From NCBI GenBank assembly GCA_019428945.1, contig JAHYJM010000005.1:1562-65561 (forward strand): a DNA stretch of 64,000 nt, written 5' to 3'. Both the position numbers and the translations under genes were made by a program. Shown here piece by piece: positions 29,703-39,383 of the stretch; position 1 is the stretch's first letter; each line of letters begins with the position of its first letter. Origin of the DNA: Bacillota bacterium (GTDB taxonomy: Bacteria; Bacillota; Dethiobacteria; DTU022). The notes below the pieces were generated by a model that worked only from the letters and a program-made list of their open reading frames with translations, did not search any database and had not been told where the DNA came from.

Positions 29703-29746
29703 GTGAATCAGACTGATATGTCTGTTAGCCTGGGCAGGAGGATAAT

Positions 29747-30328
29747 ATGGAAAAGCTGCTTTCAATTATATTTATCTATATTTTTGTAGAAAACTTTGTT
29801 TTGCAGCGATTTTTCGGGATCTGTCCGTTTTTAGGTGTTTCCCGGAAAATGGAAACTGCAATCGGGATGAGCATGGCGGTTGTATTTGTCATGACTATTG
29901 CTACACTTGTGACCTGGTTGCTCTATAATTTTATTTTGGTTCCATTTAACCTGACTTACCTTCAGATAGTAACCTTTATCTTGGTTATAGCGTCGCTGGT
30001 TCAACTTGTAGAGATAGTGCTGCGGAAGATCAGCCCCACTCTTTACCAGGGTTTGGGGATCTTTTTACCGCTAATAACCACCAACTGTGCGGTAATGGCA
30101 GTTGCTCTCCTGGCAGTAAGGCAGGAGTTTTCCCTGTTAGAAGCGGTCGTGTTTGCCATCGCTGCATCTATAGGTTTCTCTTTGGCCCTTATTATTATGG
30201 CCGGAATCAGGGAACGACTCGAATTAGCCAAGATGCCCGATGTATTACAGGGATCTGCAGTGACGTTGGTTACTGCCGGTATATTGTCACTGGCATTTTT
30301 AGGGTTTAAGGGAATGTTGACTTTATAG
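29747..30328 (+). CDS. rnfA: Rnf complex subunit A
   Basis: GICPFLGVS, LPLITTNCA, GIRERL motifs. Confidence 0.95.
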   Translation: MEKLLSIIFIYIFVENFVLQRFFGICPFLGVSRKMETAIGMSMAVVFVMTIATLVTWLLYNFILVPFNLTYLQIVTFILVIASLVQLVEIVLRKISPTLYQGLGIFLPLITTNCAVMAVALLAVRQEFSLLEAVVFAIAASIGFSLALIIMAGIRERLELAKMPDVLQGSAVTLVTAGILSLAFLGFKGMLTL

Positions 30329-30365
30329 AGACATTCTTTGATATAATTTACTATTCTTATGCGAG

Positions 30366-31232
30366 GTGAATTTAACCGTGCTAATAATATATGCAATAGC
30401 TGCATTAGGTGTAATCGGCCTCCTCTTTGGTCTTTTCCTCGGTGTGGCAGCCCGTTTTTTTGCAGTAGACACCGACCCGCGTGTTGAAGCCGTAAAAGAG
30501 GAATTACCGGGAGCTAACTGCGGCGCCTGTGGTTATGCCGGGTGTGCAAACTTTGCTGAAGCAGTAGTAAGCGGTGAAGCAAAAGTCAATGGCTGTATCC
30601 CGGGAGGAGATGAAACCTCTAAAGCAATTGCAGGCTTATTGGGACAGGAAGTCGGAAGTTCTGTTCAGCCGGTGGCTACTGTCTTTTGCATCGGGGACAG
30701 CTTCAAAACCAGTGATAAGTTTATTTATGACGGTGTAGCTGATTGTGAGGTGGCTGGTAACTTCCTTGGTGGATTTAAAACATGCAGTTATGGTTGCCTG
30801 GGATATGGCAACTGTGTGAAAGCCTGTCTATTTGATGCAATAAAAATGGGTGAGCACGGACTGCCTGTTGTTGATACAGAGAAATGTACCGGCTGCGGGT
30901 TATGCGCAAATGCCTGCCCGAGAACTATCATTAAGATGCTTCCCAGGGGCGATAGCGGCTATCTGGTTCTGTGCAACTCACATGATCGGGGTAAGTCAGT
31001 ATCCAAAGCCTGTGAAGTCGGCTGTATAGCCTGCAAGGCATGTGTGAAGGTTTGCCCGGAAGAGGCTATAGTGATGGAGGATAATCTGGCCGTGATAGAT
31101 CTGGAAAAATGCACCGACTGCGGCAAGTGCGCCGAAAAATGCCCTCCTGTGACGATATACAGGCGCAACGCCATTCCTACGGAGGCGCAGGCGCTTGCCT
31201 ATGCCGCGGAAAAATCAGCAGAGTCGGCCTAG
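30366..31232 (+). CDS. rnfB: Rnf complex subunit B (polyferredoxin)
   Basis: N-terminal TM, LPGANCGACGYAGC, several CxxCxxCxxxC motifs. Confidence 0.95.
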   Translation: MNLTVLIIYAIAALGVIGLLFGLFLGVAARFFAVDTDPRVEAVKEELPGANCGACGYAGCANFAEAVVSGEAKVNGCIPGGDETSKAIAGLLGQEVGSSVQPVATVFCIGDSFKTSDKFIYDGVADCEVAGNFLGGFKTCSYGCLGYGNCVKACLFDAIKMGEHGLPVVDTEKCTGCGLCANACPRTIIKMLPRGDSGYLVLCNSHDRGKSVSKACEVGCIACKACVKVCPEEAIVMEDNLAVIDLEKCTDCGKCAEKCPPVTIYRRNAIPTEAQALAYAAEKSAESA

Positions 31233-31351
31233 TTCGGATCTGTCTTTTACGGCAGGATTTAGTTTAGGCCTTTGCTGAAGCAATAACAACTGTTACAGGC
31301 AGGTTTTGAGCGATCATAAACCGAATTTGTAACATGCAGACAAGATAATGA

Positions 31352-31395
31352 CTGAAGCGGGATCAAGTTCAAAATGTGATCTATTCCCGCTTCAG
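31352..31395. terminator. Stem-loop between rnfB and the mrp genes
   Basis: CTGAAGCGGGA...TCCCGCTTCAG 11-bp stem followed by a weak T tract. Confidence 0.4.
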
Positions 31396-31485
31396 CTTTA
31401 TTGGGAGTCGTCTACAGTAATAATGGCATTAGGAAAGAATTATCTCTCAAATCTCCTGATTCTAACTACCGAGGTGGAGATAAAC

Positions 31486-31977
31486 ATGAACAGGCAGTGG
31501 TTAAACTACATTGGTATAACACTAATTCTATTGGTTTTCTGGATAGCTGTTAGTGGCTCCCTTAGTTGGCCGCAGCTTGTCGTTGGCCTGGCAACGGCTA
31601 TCTTTGTAACTTATTTTAATCGTAATTTACTGATCACTGCTGAAGAAAGACCGCCAATTCGGCTGCGAACTATAATCTGGTTATTTGGTTATCTTTTTCA
31701 GCTGCTTTGGGCGATTGTGATTGCTAATTTTCATGTGGCCTGGATAGTAATGCATCCTAAAATGCCGATTGAGCCAAACCTTGTCTCGCTGGAGGTTGAT
31801 ATCGATAGAGTATCGAGTCGTGTATTGCTTGCAAATTCCATTACCCTTACTCCCGGAACACTGACAGTACTTGCCGATGAAAAGAAATTTCTTGTTCATG
31901 CCCTGACAGTTTCAAGCGGAGAAGATCTTAAAGAATGGAGTTTAATTGACCGAATCAGGGAAATGGAGGAGGCCTGA
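31486..31977 (+). CDS. mrpE: Na+/H+ antiporter subunit MrpE/MnhE
   Basis: ANFHVA, LANSITLTPGTLT, VHAL motifs. Confidence 0.92.
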   Translation: MNRQWLNYIGITLILLVFWIAVSGSLSWPQLVVGLATAIFVTYFNRNLLITAEERPPIRLRTIIWLFGYLFQLLWAIVIANFHVAWIVMHPKMPIEPNLVSLEVDIDRVSSRVLLANSITLTPGTLTVLADEKKFLVHALTVSSGEDLKEWSLIDRIREMEEA

Positions 31978-31979
31978 TC

Positions 31980-32261
31980 ATGAATATCTCTCAGATCCTT
32001 GATTTTTCGTACAACCTGGGCGCTATTCTGGTCATGCTGATGATCTTTCTTTCGCTGATCAGGGCGTTAAAAGGGCCGACTGCTCCTGACAGGGTTGCGG
32101 CAATCAATATCATCGGCACAAAAACTGTTGTTATTATTACCCTGATTGCCCGGATCTATGAACAGATTTACTTTTTGGATGTAGCTATGGTTTATGCCCT
32201 GATGAGCTTTATTACTACTGTAGGTGTGGCCAAATACCTTGAGAAGGGAGCTCTTGACTGA
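31980..32261 (+). CDS. mrpF: Antiporter subunit MrpF/MnhF
   Basis: RALKGPTAPDRV motif, three TM helices. Confidence 0.9.
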   Translation: MNISQILDFSYNLGAILVMLMIFLSLIRALKGPTAPDRVAAINIIGTKTVVIITLIARIYEQIYFLDVAMVYALMSFITTVGVAKYLEKGALD

Positions 32262-32592
32262 TATTAATCACCTGATAGAACCATTATTTGATTTAATATC
32301 ACTGATCAGCCTGATCGGGGGTCTCTTTTTTCTCTTTGTAGGAACGGTAGGGCTCCTGAGACTTCCTGATGTTTTTAACAGGCTGCATGCTACAACCAAA
32401 TGCGATACTTTAGGGGCAGGGTTGGTTCTTCTCTCTCTTGCTGTGCAGAGCACCCCTGCGACTGGTATAAGGCTTGCCCTGATTATTATTTTTATAATCG
32501 TTACTAACCCGACGGCAGCACATGTTATAGCGCGGGCAGCATATAAAACAGGTATTAAACCGCTTACCGGCAGGAGGTTATCTGATGACTGA
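32254..32592 (+). CDS. mrpG: Antiporter subunit MrpG/MnhG
   Basis: GLLRLPDVFNRLHATTK, TNPTAAH motifs; TTG start after AAGGGAG. Confidence 0.9.
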   Translation: MTDINHLIEPLFDLISLISLIGGLFFLFVGTVGLLRLPDVFNRLHATTKCDTLGAGLVLLSLAVQSTPATGIRLALIIIFIIVTNPTAAHVIARAAYKTGIKPLTGRRLSDD

Positions 32593-32824
32593 TATTCTAA
32601 ATATACTCCTCCTTTTATTTTTGATCGTATGTGCCGTTGGTGTCGCTCATATTCGAGACCTGCTAAGCGCGGTAATCCTCTTTTCTGCTTTCGGTTTAAT
32701 AATGGCTATAATTTGGCAGCAGCTCGGCGCTCCCGACATTGCCATGGTTGAAGCTGCTCTCGGAACCGGTGTGGCAGCGCTTCTGCTTATTGCTGCGATA
32801 AGCAAAACTAAGCGCGCTGAATAA
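32585..32824 (+). CDS. MbhD/DUF4040-like small subunit (corresponds to an MrpA C-terminal segment)
   Basis: RDLLSAV and APDIAMVEAALG motifs. Confidence 0.85.
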   Translation: MTDILNILLLLFLIVCAVGVAHIRDLLSAVILFSAFGLIMAIIWQQLGAPDIAMVEAALGTGVAALLLIAAISKTKRAE

Positions 32825-32847
32825 CTTTAAGCCGGGAGGTAACCTGA

Positions 32848-33192
32848 ATGTCCTACATCCTTATACTATTTTTAGTCATACTGGCTATATTTTTACGTTT
32901 TGTGATAGGGGTAGAGCTGAGAAGCATCCTGACCATATACCTTCTTGGTTTAATTGTGTACCTCTTTAGCTTTACTGTGGCAGAGATGCCTCCCTTTGGC
33001 AGACCTGATAATCCGGCTTTCAATGAAGTTCCTGCTCGCTATCTTGAAGCAGGCCCCTCCGAAACAGGGGCAATTAATATTATAAGCAGCGTAATTACAG
33101 ATTACAGGGCTTTTGACACCCTTGGTGAAGCGACTGTTCTTTTTGTGGCTATAGCTGCTGCCGTTGCAACTCTCAAATCGCACCGATATTAA
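32848..33192 (+). CDS. MbhE-like small subunit (corresponds to an MrpA C-terminal segment)
   Basis: NIISSVITDYRAFDTLGEATVL motif. Confidence 0.85.
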   Translation: MSYILILFLVILAIFLRFVIGVELRSILTIYLLGLIVYLFSFTVAEMPPFGRPDNPAFNEVPARYLEAGPSETGAINIISSVITDYRAFDTLGEATVLFVAIAAAVATLKSHRY

Positions 33193-33201
33193 AAGGGGGA
33201 G

Positions 33202-33660
33202 ATGATGTTGGAAGATCAAATTGTCCGGATAACCAGCCGACTGGTAGCCCCTTTTATTCAGGTTTACGGTATATATGTTATTCTGCATGGACACCTCTCG
33301 CCCGGTGGTGGTTTTTCAGGCGGGGCAATTTTCGGAGCAAGCCTGGTTTTAATTGCGCTTTCATTTAATCTTGAAGCCGGGGTAAAACAGATATCACACC
33401 AGACAGCATCTGTTTTAGAGAGCGGCGGCGCTCTCGGTTTTACTGTAACCGGCCTGATTGCGATCGCGCTCGGGGGTAATTATCTTGCGAACCGTGCGGC
33501 CGGTTTTCCACTCGGTGAAGCAGGACAGTTTTTCAGTTCAGGAGCAATTATGGTTATAACTGTTTTTGTCGGGATTAAAGTTGCAAGTACCATTACAACT
33601 CTTTTTTACAATATTATTGAGAAGGAGACCCCTCATGGAAACAGTAAGCAGGCTGACTGA
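33202..33660 (+). CDS. mrpB: Antiporter subunit MrpB/MnhB
   Basis: HGHLSPGGGFSGG motif. Confidence 0.9.
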   Translation: MMLEDQIVRITSRLVAPFIQVYGIYVILHGHLSPGGGFSGGAIFGASLVLIALSFNLEAGVKQISHQTASVLESGGALGFTVTGLIAIALGGNYLANRAAGFPLGEAGQFFSSGAIMVITVFVGIKVASTITTLFYNIIEKETPHGNSKQAD

Positions 33661-34003
33661 AAACTATTTTTATCTCGTGGCGATTATTTTATTCGTGATA
33701 GGTACCCACACTATGCTTACTCATTCCAACATGATCAAAAAAGTCATTGCTATGAATATCATGGATAGTTCAGTTTTCCTGCTCTTTGTTGCCATCGGTT
33801 ACACTCACGGCGCTCAAGCCCCTATCATCAGAGATGGTGCTGATATAGTCTATGCGAATCCGCTTCCCGGAGCGCTGATTGTTACCGGTATAGTTGTGGC
33901 TGTCAGTGTAACGGCTTATGCACTGAGCATCATTGTCAAAATCCAGAGAAGTTACGGAACCATTGATTGTGATGAAATTTGTGAGTTAAGGAGCGATGAT
34001 TAG
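33635..34003 (+). CDS. mrpC: Antiporter subunit MrpC (NuoK-like)
   Basis: NMIKKVIA, NPLPGALIVTGIVV, YGT motifs; ATG after AAGGAG. Confidence 0.9.
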   Translation: METVSRLTENYFYLVAIILFVIGTHTMLTHSNMIKKVIAMNIMDSSVFLLFVAIGYTHGAQAPIIRDGADIVYANPLPGALIVTGIVVAVSVTAYALSIIVKIQRSYGTIDCDEICELRSDD

Positions 34004-35481
34004 TGGAGTCTGCCGGCCATCAACCGGTCTTAATTATAGTAACACTTCTAATAAGCGCTTTTCTTTCCCCGCTACTTTACCGGTGGAGGAAATTTCTGTC
34101 TGGAATGGTTCTGCTGGCAGCTTTGACAGGAGCTTTTGTTACTGCGCTTACACTTCTCGGTCAGGTAGCCCGCTCCGGCGAGCTCTCATACTACCTGGGC
34201 AACTGGCCTCCTCCCTGGGGGATTGAGCTGGTAATAGATCCACTGCGTGTATATATGCTTCTTGTTGTTACAGGAGTAAGTCTTTGGATTTTTGTTTATG
34301 CACTGCGTGATCTTGAGCATGAACTTCATCATGATGTGATAGGCTGGTATTATTCACTGTATGCTTTGCTTGTTGCTTCTATGTCAGCTATGACCCTGAC
34401 TAATGATTTATTTAACCTTTTTGTCCTGATGGAGATATGTGCAATTTCTGCCTGCGCCATTATTACTATTAAAGACAAGCGGGAATGTTTAGAGGCCGGT
34501 TTTAAATATTTGATCATGAGCGCCATGGGTACGGGCTGTTTTTTACTTGGGGTTGCAATGATTTATATGGTAACAGGCTATCTTAATTTCTCTTTTATTC
34601 AAACAGGACTGGCTGCTGCCCTGTCTGAATATCCTTTAAATATTTTTACAGCCGCAGCACTTTTTATAGTTGCTTTCGGCACTAAAGCAGCTCTCTTTCC
34701 TTTACATGTCTGGCTGCCCGATGCTCATGCTTCTGCTCCATCGCCTTCCAGCGCAATGCTGTCGGGATTGGTTATAAAAATTTATGCCTTTGCTCTTTTT
34801 ATGATATTTTACAGAGTATTCCCCCGCTCGTTGCTTGATGCCATTCCGCTGAATGAAATCATACTCTGGCTTGGCGCGATGGGAGTTATGTTTGGTTCCA
34901 TTTATGCTATGCTGCAGACTGATCTGAAAAAAATGCTTGCATACTCAAGCATTGGGCAGATTGCCTTCATTTTTATGGGCATTGGCCTCGATCAACCACT
35001 GGCTTTGACTGGAGGCCTTTACCATATTATGGTTCATGCTTTTACCAAGTCAATGCTGTTTATGTCAGCCGGTGCGATAATCTATTCTACAGGTGTTCGC
35101 CGCATCAGCGATCTGGCTGGAATTGGAAGAGTATTGCCCATTCCACTGCTGGCGTTTACCATAGGCAGCGCTTCGATGATTGGGCTGCCCGGAACAGGCG
35201 GATTAATAAGCAAATGGTACCTGGCCCTGGGGGCACTAGAAACGGGGCGAATCTTTTTTTTACTGGTTATTCTGGCCAGCAGCCTGCTTAATGCGATCTA
35301 TTACATGCCTATAGTGATCAATGCTTTTATGAGCGGAGATGAGTTTAAAGAAAAAGTAAAAACTGTACCTCCTTCGATGCAGGCCACCCTGGTTGTGGGT
35401 ATTTTGCTTGTAGTGATCAGCGGGATATTTTCCCGACAGATAATTGTTCTATTCGAACAGGCTTTAACATCTTTATATTAA
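34003..35481 (+). CDS. mrpD: Antiporter-like subunit MrpD (copy 1)
   Basis: GNWPPPWGIEL, DLFNLFVLME, KAALFPLHVWLPDAH, LAYSS motifs. Confidence 0.9.
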   Translation: MESAGHQPVLIIVTLLISAFLSPLLYRWRKFLSGMVLLAALTGAFVTALTLLGQVARSGELSYYLGNWPPPWGIELVIDPLRVYMLLVVTGVSLWIFVYALRDLEHELHHDVIGWYYSLYALLVASMSAMTLTNDLFNLFVLMEICAISACAIITIKDKRECLEAGFKYLIMSAMGTGCFLLGVAMIYMVTGYLNFSFIQTGLAAALSEYPLNIFTAAALFIVAFGTKAALFPLHVWLPDAHASAPSPSSAMLSGLVIKIYAFALFMIFYRVFPRSLLDAIPLNEIILWLGAMGVMFGSIYAMLQTDLKKMLAYSSIGQIAFIFMGIGLDQPLALTGGLYHIMVHAFTKSMLFMSAGAIIYSTGVRRISDLAGIGRVLPIPLLAFTIGSASMIGLPGTGGLISKWYLALGALETGRIFFLLVILASSLLNAIYYMPIVINAFMSGDEFKEKVKTVPPSMQATLVVGILLVVISGIFSRQIIVLFEQALTSLY

Positions 35482-35567
35482 GCAACTATAATATCCGTAT
35501 TTTAGTTGAAATATTCAGGTAATAACCATATAATAAGCTATAACGTGTTAAGTTGGGAGTGGTGGTA

Positions 35568-37088
35568 TTGGATCAAGCATCAATCATCATAATCATGGTA
35601 GTAATTGTTGCATTGCCTGTTGTTATGACTCCGGTTCTTATGTATATCTGCCGCATTTCCGACCGATTGCGCAACGGCCTTGCCATTTTAACCGCGGCGG
35701 CAACTTTTATTCTCACCTTATTGCTATATCCCTTCATCCGGGACGGGGGAGTAGTTCAGCAGAGTTTGTTTGAAATTCTGCCTAACCTTGAAATATCAAT
35801 TCATCTCGATATTCTAAGCTTTAGCCTTGCAGCTTTGGCCTCATTCATATGGTTGCTTTGTACCATTTATTCTATTGACTATATGGCCAAGGAGCATGCC
35901 TGCAGCAGATATTATCCGGTCCTTATTTTTACTTTGGGTGCCTGCCAGGGAATATTCTTTGCCGGGGATCTTTTCAGTCTTTTTGTATTCTTTGAACTCA
36001 TGTCTATTATTGCCTATATCCTGATTATTCATGAGCAGACCGAGGAAGCCCTGAAAGCCGGGTATAAATACTTGGTGATGACTATTATCGGCGGTTTGGC
36101 GCTGTTCTTTGGAATTATTATTGTTTTTGAAATCGGCGGCACCGTTTCTCTCGGTGTGGGTGTTATAATCGGTGAACCTTCATTACTGGCCCTAATTGCT
36201 TTTATCTGTTTTCTGATTGGTTTTGGGATGAAGGCCGGAATGTTTCCCTTACATGTCTGGCTGCCTGATGCACACCCTGTTGCTCCCTCGCCGGCCAGCG
36301 CACTGCTTTCCGGAGTGATGCTTAAAACAGGCGCCTACGGTTTAATTCGGGTTGTATTTCATGTCTATTCTGTTGATCTTCTCAGAAGCAGTGGTTGGAA
36401 TAATATCCTGGCGATTCTTGCTGTTATAACCATACTGCTTGGTTCGGCCGTAGCCCTCACGCAGACTGATATAAAACGCCGTCTTGCATATTCCAGTATC
36501 AGCCAGCTCGGTTATGTTTTGCTTGGGCTGAGTATTTTAAACAACAATGCCCTTACAGGAGCAGTCTTTCATATTTTCAGCCACGCTTTTATGAAGAGCG
36601 CACTCTTCCTTGCAGCAGGGGCAATAATATGGAAAACAGGAATTCGCAACATTAATGATATGAAAGGCCTGGGCAGGTTAATGCCCGTTACCATGGGCAG
36701 TTTTTCGTTAGCCGCTCTGGCCATGATCGGTATTCCGCCTCTGAACGGGTTCCTTAGCAAGTGGACCCTTGCCCTTGGCGCTCTTGATGCAGGTATGCCT
36801 GGGTATGTTATGGTTCTTTTAATAAGCAGCCTGCTTAATGCTCTTTACTATCTGCCCATAATAATTCCGGCTTTCTTTGAATCACCTGAAGGCGAAGAGA
36901 TTAATGATCATGGGGATGAGGGAAGCCATGAAGTCTTGTTTAAAATCAAGGAAGCGACTCCGTTGATGCTTTCGGCAATAGTTATTCTTGCCCTCTGTAC
37001 AATATTCTTTGGATTAACGCCAAACAATATTATCTTTTCTTTATCGCGCCTCACGGCCCTGTTTTTACTGGGGGGAGGGTCCTTCTAA
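35568..37088 (+). CDS. MrpD/NuoM-like antiporter subunit (copy 2)
   Basis: DLFSLFVFFE, KAGMFPLHVWLPDAH, SGVMLK, GFLSKW motifs; start uncertain (35553 or 35568). Confidence 0.88.
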   Translation: MDQASIIIIMVVIVALPVVMTPVLMYICRISDRLRNGLAILTAAATFILTLLLYPFIRDGGVVQQSLFEILPNLEISIHLDILSFSLAALASFIWLLCTIYSIDYMAKEHACSRYYPVLIFTLGACQGIFFAGDLFSLFVFFELMSIIAYILIIHEQTEEALKAGYKYLVMTIIGGLALFFGIIIVFEIGGTVSLGVGVIIGEPSLLALIAFICFLIGFGMKAGMFPLHVWLPDAHPVAPSPASALLSGVMLKTGAYGLIRVVFHVYSVDLLRSSGWNNILAILAVITILLGSAVALTQTDIKRRLAYSSISQLGYVLLGLSILNNNALTGAVFHIFSHAFMKSALFLAAGAIIWKTGIRNINDMKGLGRLMPVTMGSFSLAALAMIGIPPLNGFLSKWTLALGALDAGMPGYVMVLLISSLLNALYYLPIIIPAFFESPEGEEINDHGDEGSHEVLFKIKEATPLMLSAIVILALCTIFFGLTPNNIIFSLSRLTALFLLGGGSF

Positions 37089-39368
37089 TTGTTTGCTGCC
37101 GCTCCGGAACTACTTTCCGACCTGAGCCGGGTATACTATTCTTCCCTGCCGCTATGGATTACACTGCTGCCGCTATTAACCGGTATCGGGCTCTATTTTG
37201 TTAAAAACAGCGCGGAGACTCTCCGTAAGGTTGTTTCTTTGCTGGCCTCGCTTGCTGTACTGGTCGGAGTGATGCTGTTATTGCCGATGGTATTGTCAGG
37301 GACAGTTAAGTATGATCTGATCGATTTTATGCAAATGGGTCTATTTTTTGAAGTTGACCTGGTTGGCTGGATTTTTGCTTTTCTGATAGCCTTTATCTGG
37401 TCTTTAGCCACGCTGTTTTCATTTGCCTATATGGATTTCGAGCACAATAGACGCCGCTATTACAGTGTATTGATTTTTACGCTCGGAGCTACCCTGGGCG
37501 TGGTTCTAGCCGGTGACTTTTTTACACTTTTCCTGTTCTTTGAAATGATGACTCTTTCATCCTTTATTCTGGTTATTCATGAACAGAATCGCGAGGCTAT
37601 GCAGGCAGGTATTCTGTACCTTTATCTCGGTATAGCCGGAGGCCTGGCGCTGCTTTTTGCCATCATGATGCTTTATTCAGCCACGGGAACTGTAAATATA
37701 GTGCCTGTGCTGGAAGACCTGGGCGCCAATCGAACCTTAATTTATATCATGTTTTTGATTGGCTTTGGAGTTAAAGCCGGACTTGTTCCGCTGCACATCT
37801 GGCTGCCTCAGGCTCATCCTGTTGCTCCTTCCCCGGCAAGCGCACTTCTTTCCGGTATAATGATCAAAGCCGGCGCTTACGGTATTTTTAGAGTATCTCT
37901 TATACTCTTTACCTCACCTGGCGAAATCGGTGCAGCAGATGCTTCATACCTTTTTAATGTAGGATCTGTATTGATGTGGATTGGTATCATCACCATGCTG
38001 TCCGGAGCGATAATGGCCCTTCTGCAGAGCAATATGAAAAGGATCCTGGCTTACAGCAGCGTCAGCCAGATCGGTTATATCGCAACCGGGCTTGGCGCTG
38101 CAGTCTTTATGGGCACTGAAGGCGCAATGGGATTTGCCGGTGCCATCTATCACATAATTAATCATGCTTTTTTCAAGGCAGGTCTCTTTATGATGGTTGG
38201 TACAATTTATCTCTATACGCATGAACTGGAATTGTCTAAGCTTGGTGGTATGTTTAAAAAAATGCCCCTGGTTGGTATCACATTTATTATTGCAGCCTTC
38301 GGTATTGCCGGTATTCCGGGCTTTAACGGATATCCCAGCAAAACTCTGATCCATGATGCTTTACTGATTGCCATTAAATTTAATGATCTTTTTAGCATTG
38401 AACTGGCTGAAAAAATATTTACGCTAACCAGCGCACTGACAATCTGCTACTTTATTAAGCTTTTCAGAGGGGTATTCTTAGGACCTGTTCCTGAAAAGCT
38501 CGATCGTGAATATAAACTGGCCCTGTCAATAAAGGCGGTATTAACCACATTTGCAGCGATCATTGTTGCTATTGGCTTATTCCCGAATTTTATTCTTGAA
38601 CGTTTTCTGGTACCTCCTGCCGAGTTTTTAAAATATGAAGGTTATGCCATGGATCATCTTTATCACTTCAATTTTTTTGAATGGCATCCTGTCGAAGCAA
38701 TGCTTGTTGTTATTATTCTGGCAGTGGTCATTTATTTGCCGGGAGCTTATCGAAACTGGTTTTCCTGGCAGCCGCCCCCCTGGCTCAGTATTTACGCTCT
38801 CCTTTACCGGCCCCTGACACATCGTCTCATGATTCTCACCTGTAAAGCCGGGCTAATTCTTGACTCGTCGGTTGATAATGCTTACAATCAATCAGGCAGT
38901 GCAGCACGGAATATGTGTGATTATGTGGGCAACATCGATCATGGTCTGGACAGTTTTTATCATAAGTGGGGGTTGATCGGCAGTAAGTTGGCGGAACGTT
39001 CCAGAGATATGGATCAGAAACTGGACGGTTTCTATCAAAGATCAGGTCAAGCAGCCAGGAAGCTTGCCGATAAATCAGCTGATATGGACTCAGCTCTAGA
39101 TAAAGCATATCAGAAAACCGGAAAAGCCGCTCAGAATTTAGCTAAACAGTCATCAGATCTTGATAAAGCGATAAATGTCGTATATGATCAGGCCGGTAAA
39201 AAAACCAGGGATGAAGTGGAAAAGCGGCTGGCAGGGAAACAAGAAAAACATGATAAAGCAGAGAGTGATAAATGGAGCACCAAGAATTTGAGTTTTGATA
39301 ATCTGCTTCTTGTCCTTGTTCTCGGTATAGTACTTTTTATTATCTTCTACTTCGGGAGATCATCATAA
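37089..39368 (+). CDS. MrpD/NuoL-like antiporter subunit (copy 3) with a long C-terminal repeat helix and terminal TM
   Basis: DFFTLFLFFE, KAGLVPLHIWLPQAH, NHAFFKA motifs; C-terminal 25-aa repeats. Confidence 0.88.
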   Translation: MFAAAPELLSDLSRVYYSSLPLWITLLPLLTGIGLYFVKNSAETLRKVVSLLASLAVLVGVMLLLPMVLSGTVKYDLIDFMQMGLFFEVDLVGWIFAFLIAFIWSLATLFSFAYMDFEHNRRRYYSVLIFTLGATLGVVLAGDFFTLFLFFEMMTLSSFILVIHEQNREAMQAGILYLYLGIAGGLALLFAIMMLYSATGTVNIVPVLEDLGANRTLIYIMFLIGFGVKAGLVPLHIWLPQAHPVAPSPASALLSGIMIKAGAYGIFRVSLILFTSPGEIGAADASYLFNVGSVLMWIGIITMLSGAIMALLQSNMKRILAYSSVSQIGYIATGLGAAVFMGTEGAMGFAGAIYHIINHAFFKAGLFMMVGTIYLYTHELELSKLGGMFKKMPLVGITFIIAAFGIAGIPGFNGYPSKTLIHDALLIAIKFNDLFSIELAEKIFTLTSALTICYFIKLFRGVFLGPVPEKLDREYKLALSIKAVLTTFAAIIVAIGLFPNFILERFLVPPAEFLKYEGYAMDHLYHFNFFEWHPVEAMLVVIILAVVIYLPGAYRNWFSWQPPPWLSIYALLYRPLTHRLMILTCKAGLILDSSVDNAYNQSGSAARNMCDYVGNIDHGLDSFYHKWGLIGSKLAERSRDMDQKLDGFYQRSGQAARKLADKSADMDSALDKAYQKTGKAAQNLAKQSSDLDKAINVVYDQAGKKTRDEVEKRLAGKQEKHDKAESDKWSTKNLSFDNLLLVLVLGIVLFIIFYFGRSS

Positions 39369-39383
39369 AAGGAGCTGCAATTA

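Noticed and set aside
31348..31485. N-terminal extension of MrpE
   Set aside because: It spans an intergenic hairpin; the SD-supported ATG is at 31486
31233..31485. Na+/Li+ riboswitch upstream of the mrp genes
   Set aside because: I could not recognise the conserved motifs by eye; an Rfam scan is needed
31486..39368. Complex I or membrane-bound hydrogenase
   Set aside because: No NuoB/C/D/H/I or NiFe catalytic subunits are present; only antiporter-type subunits
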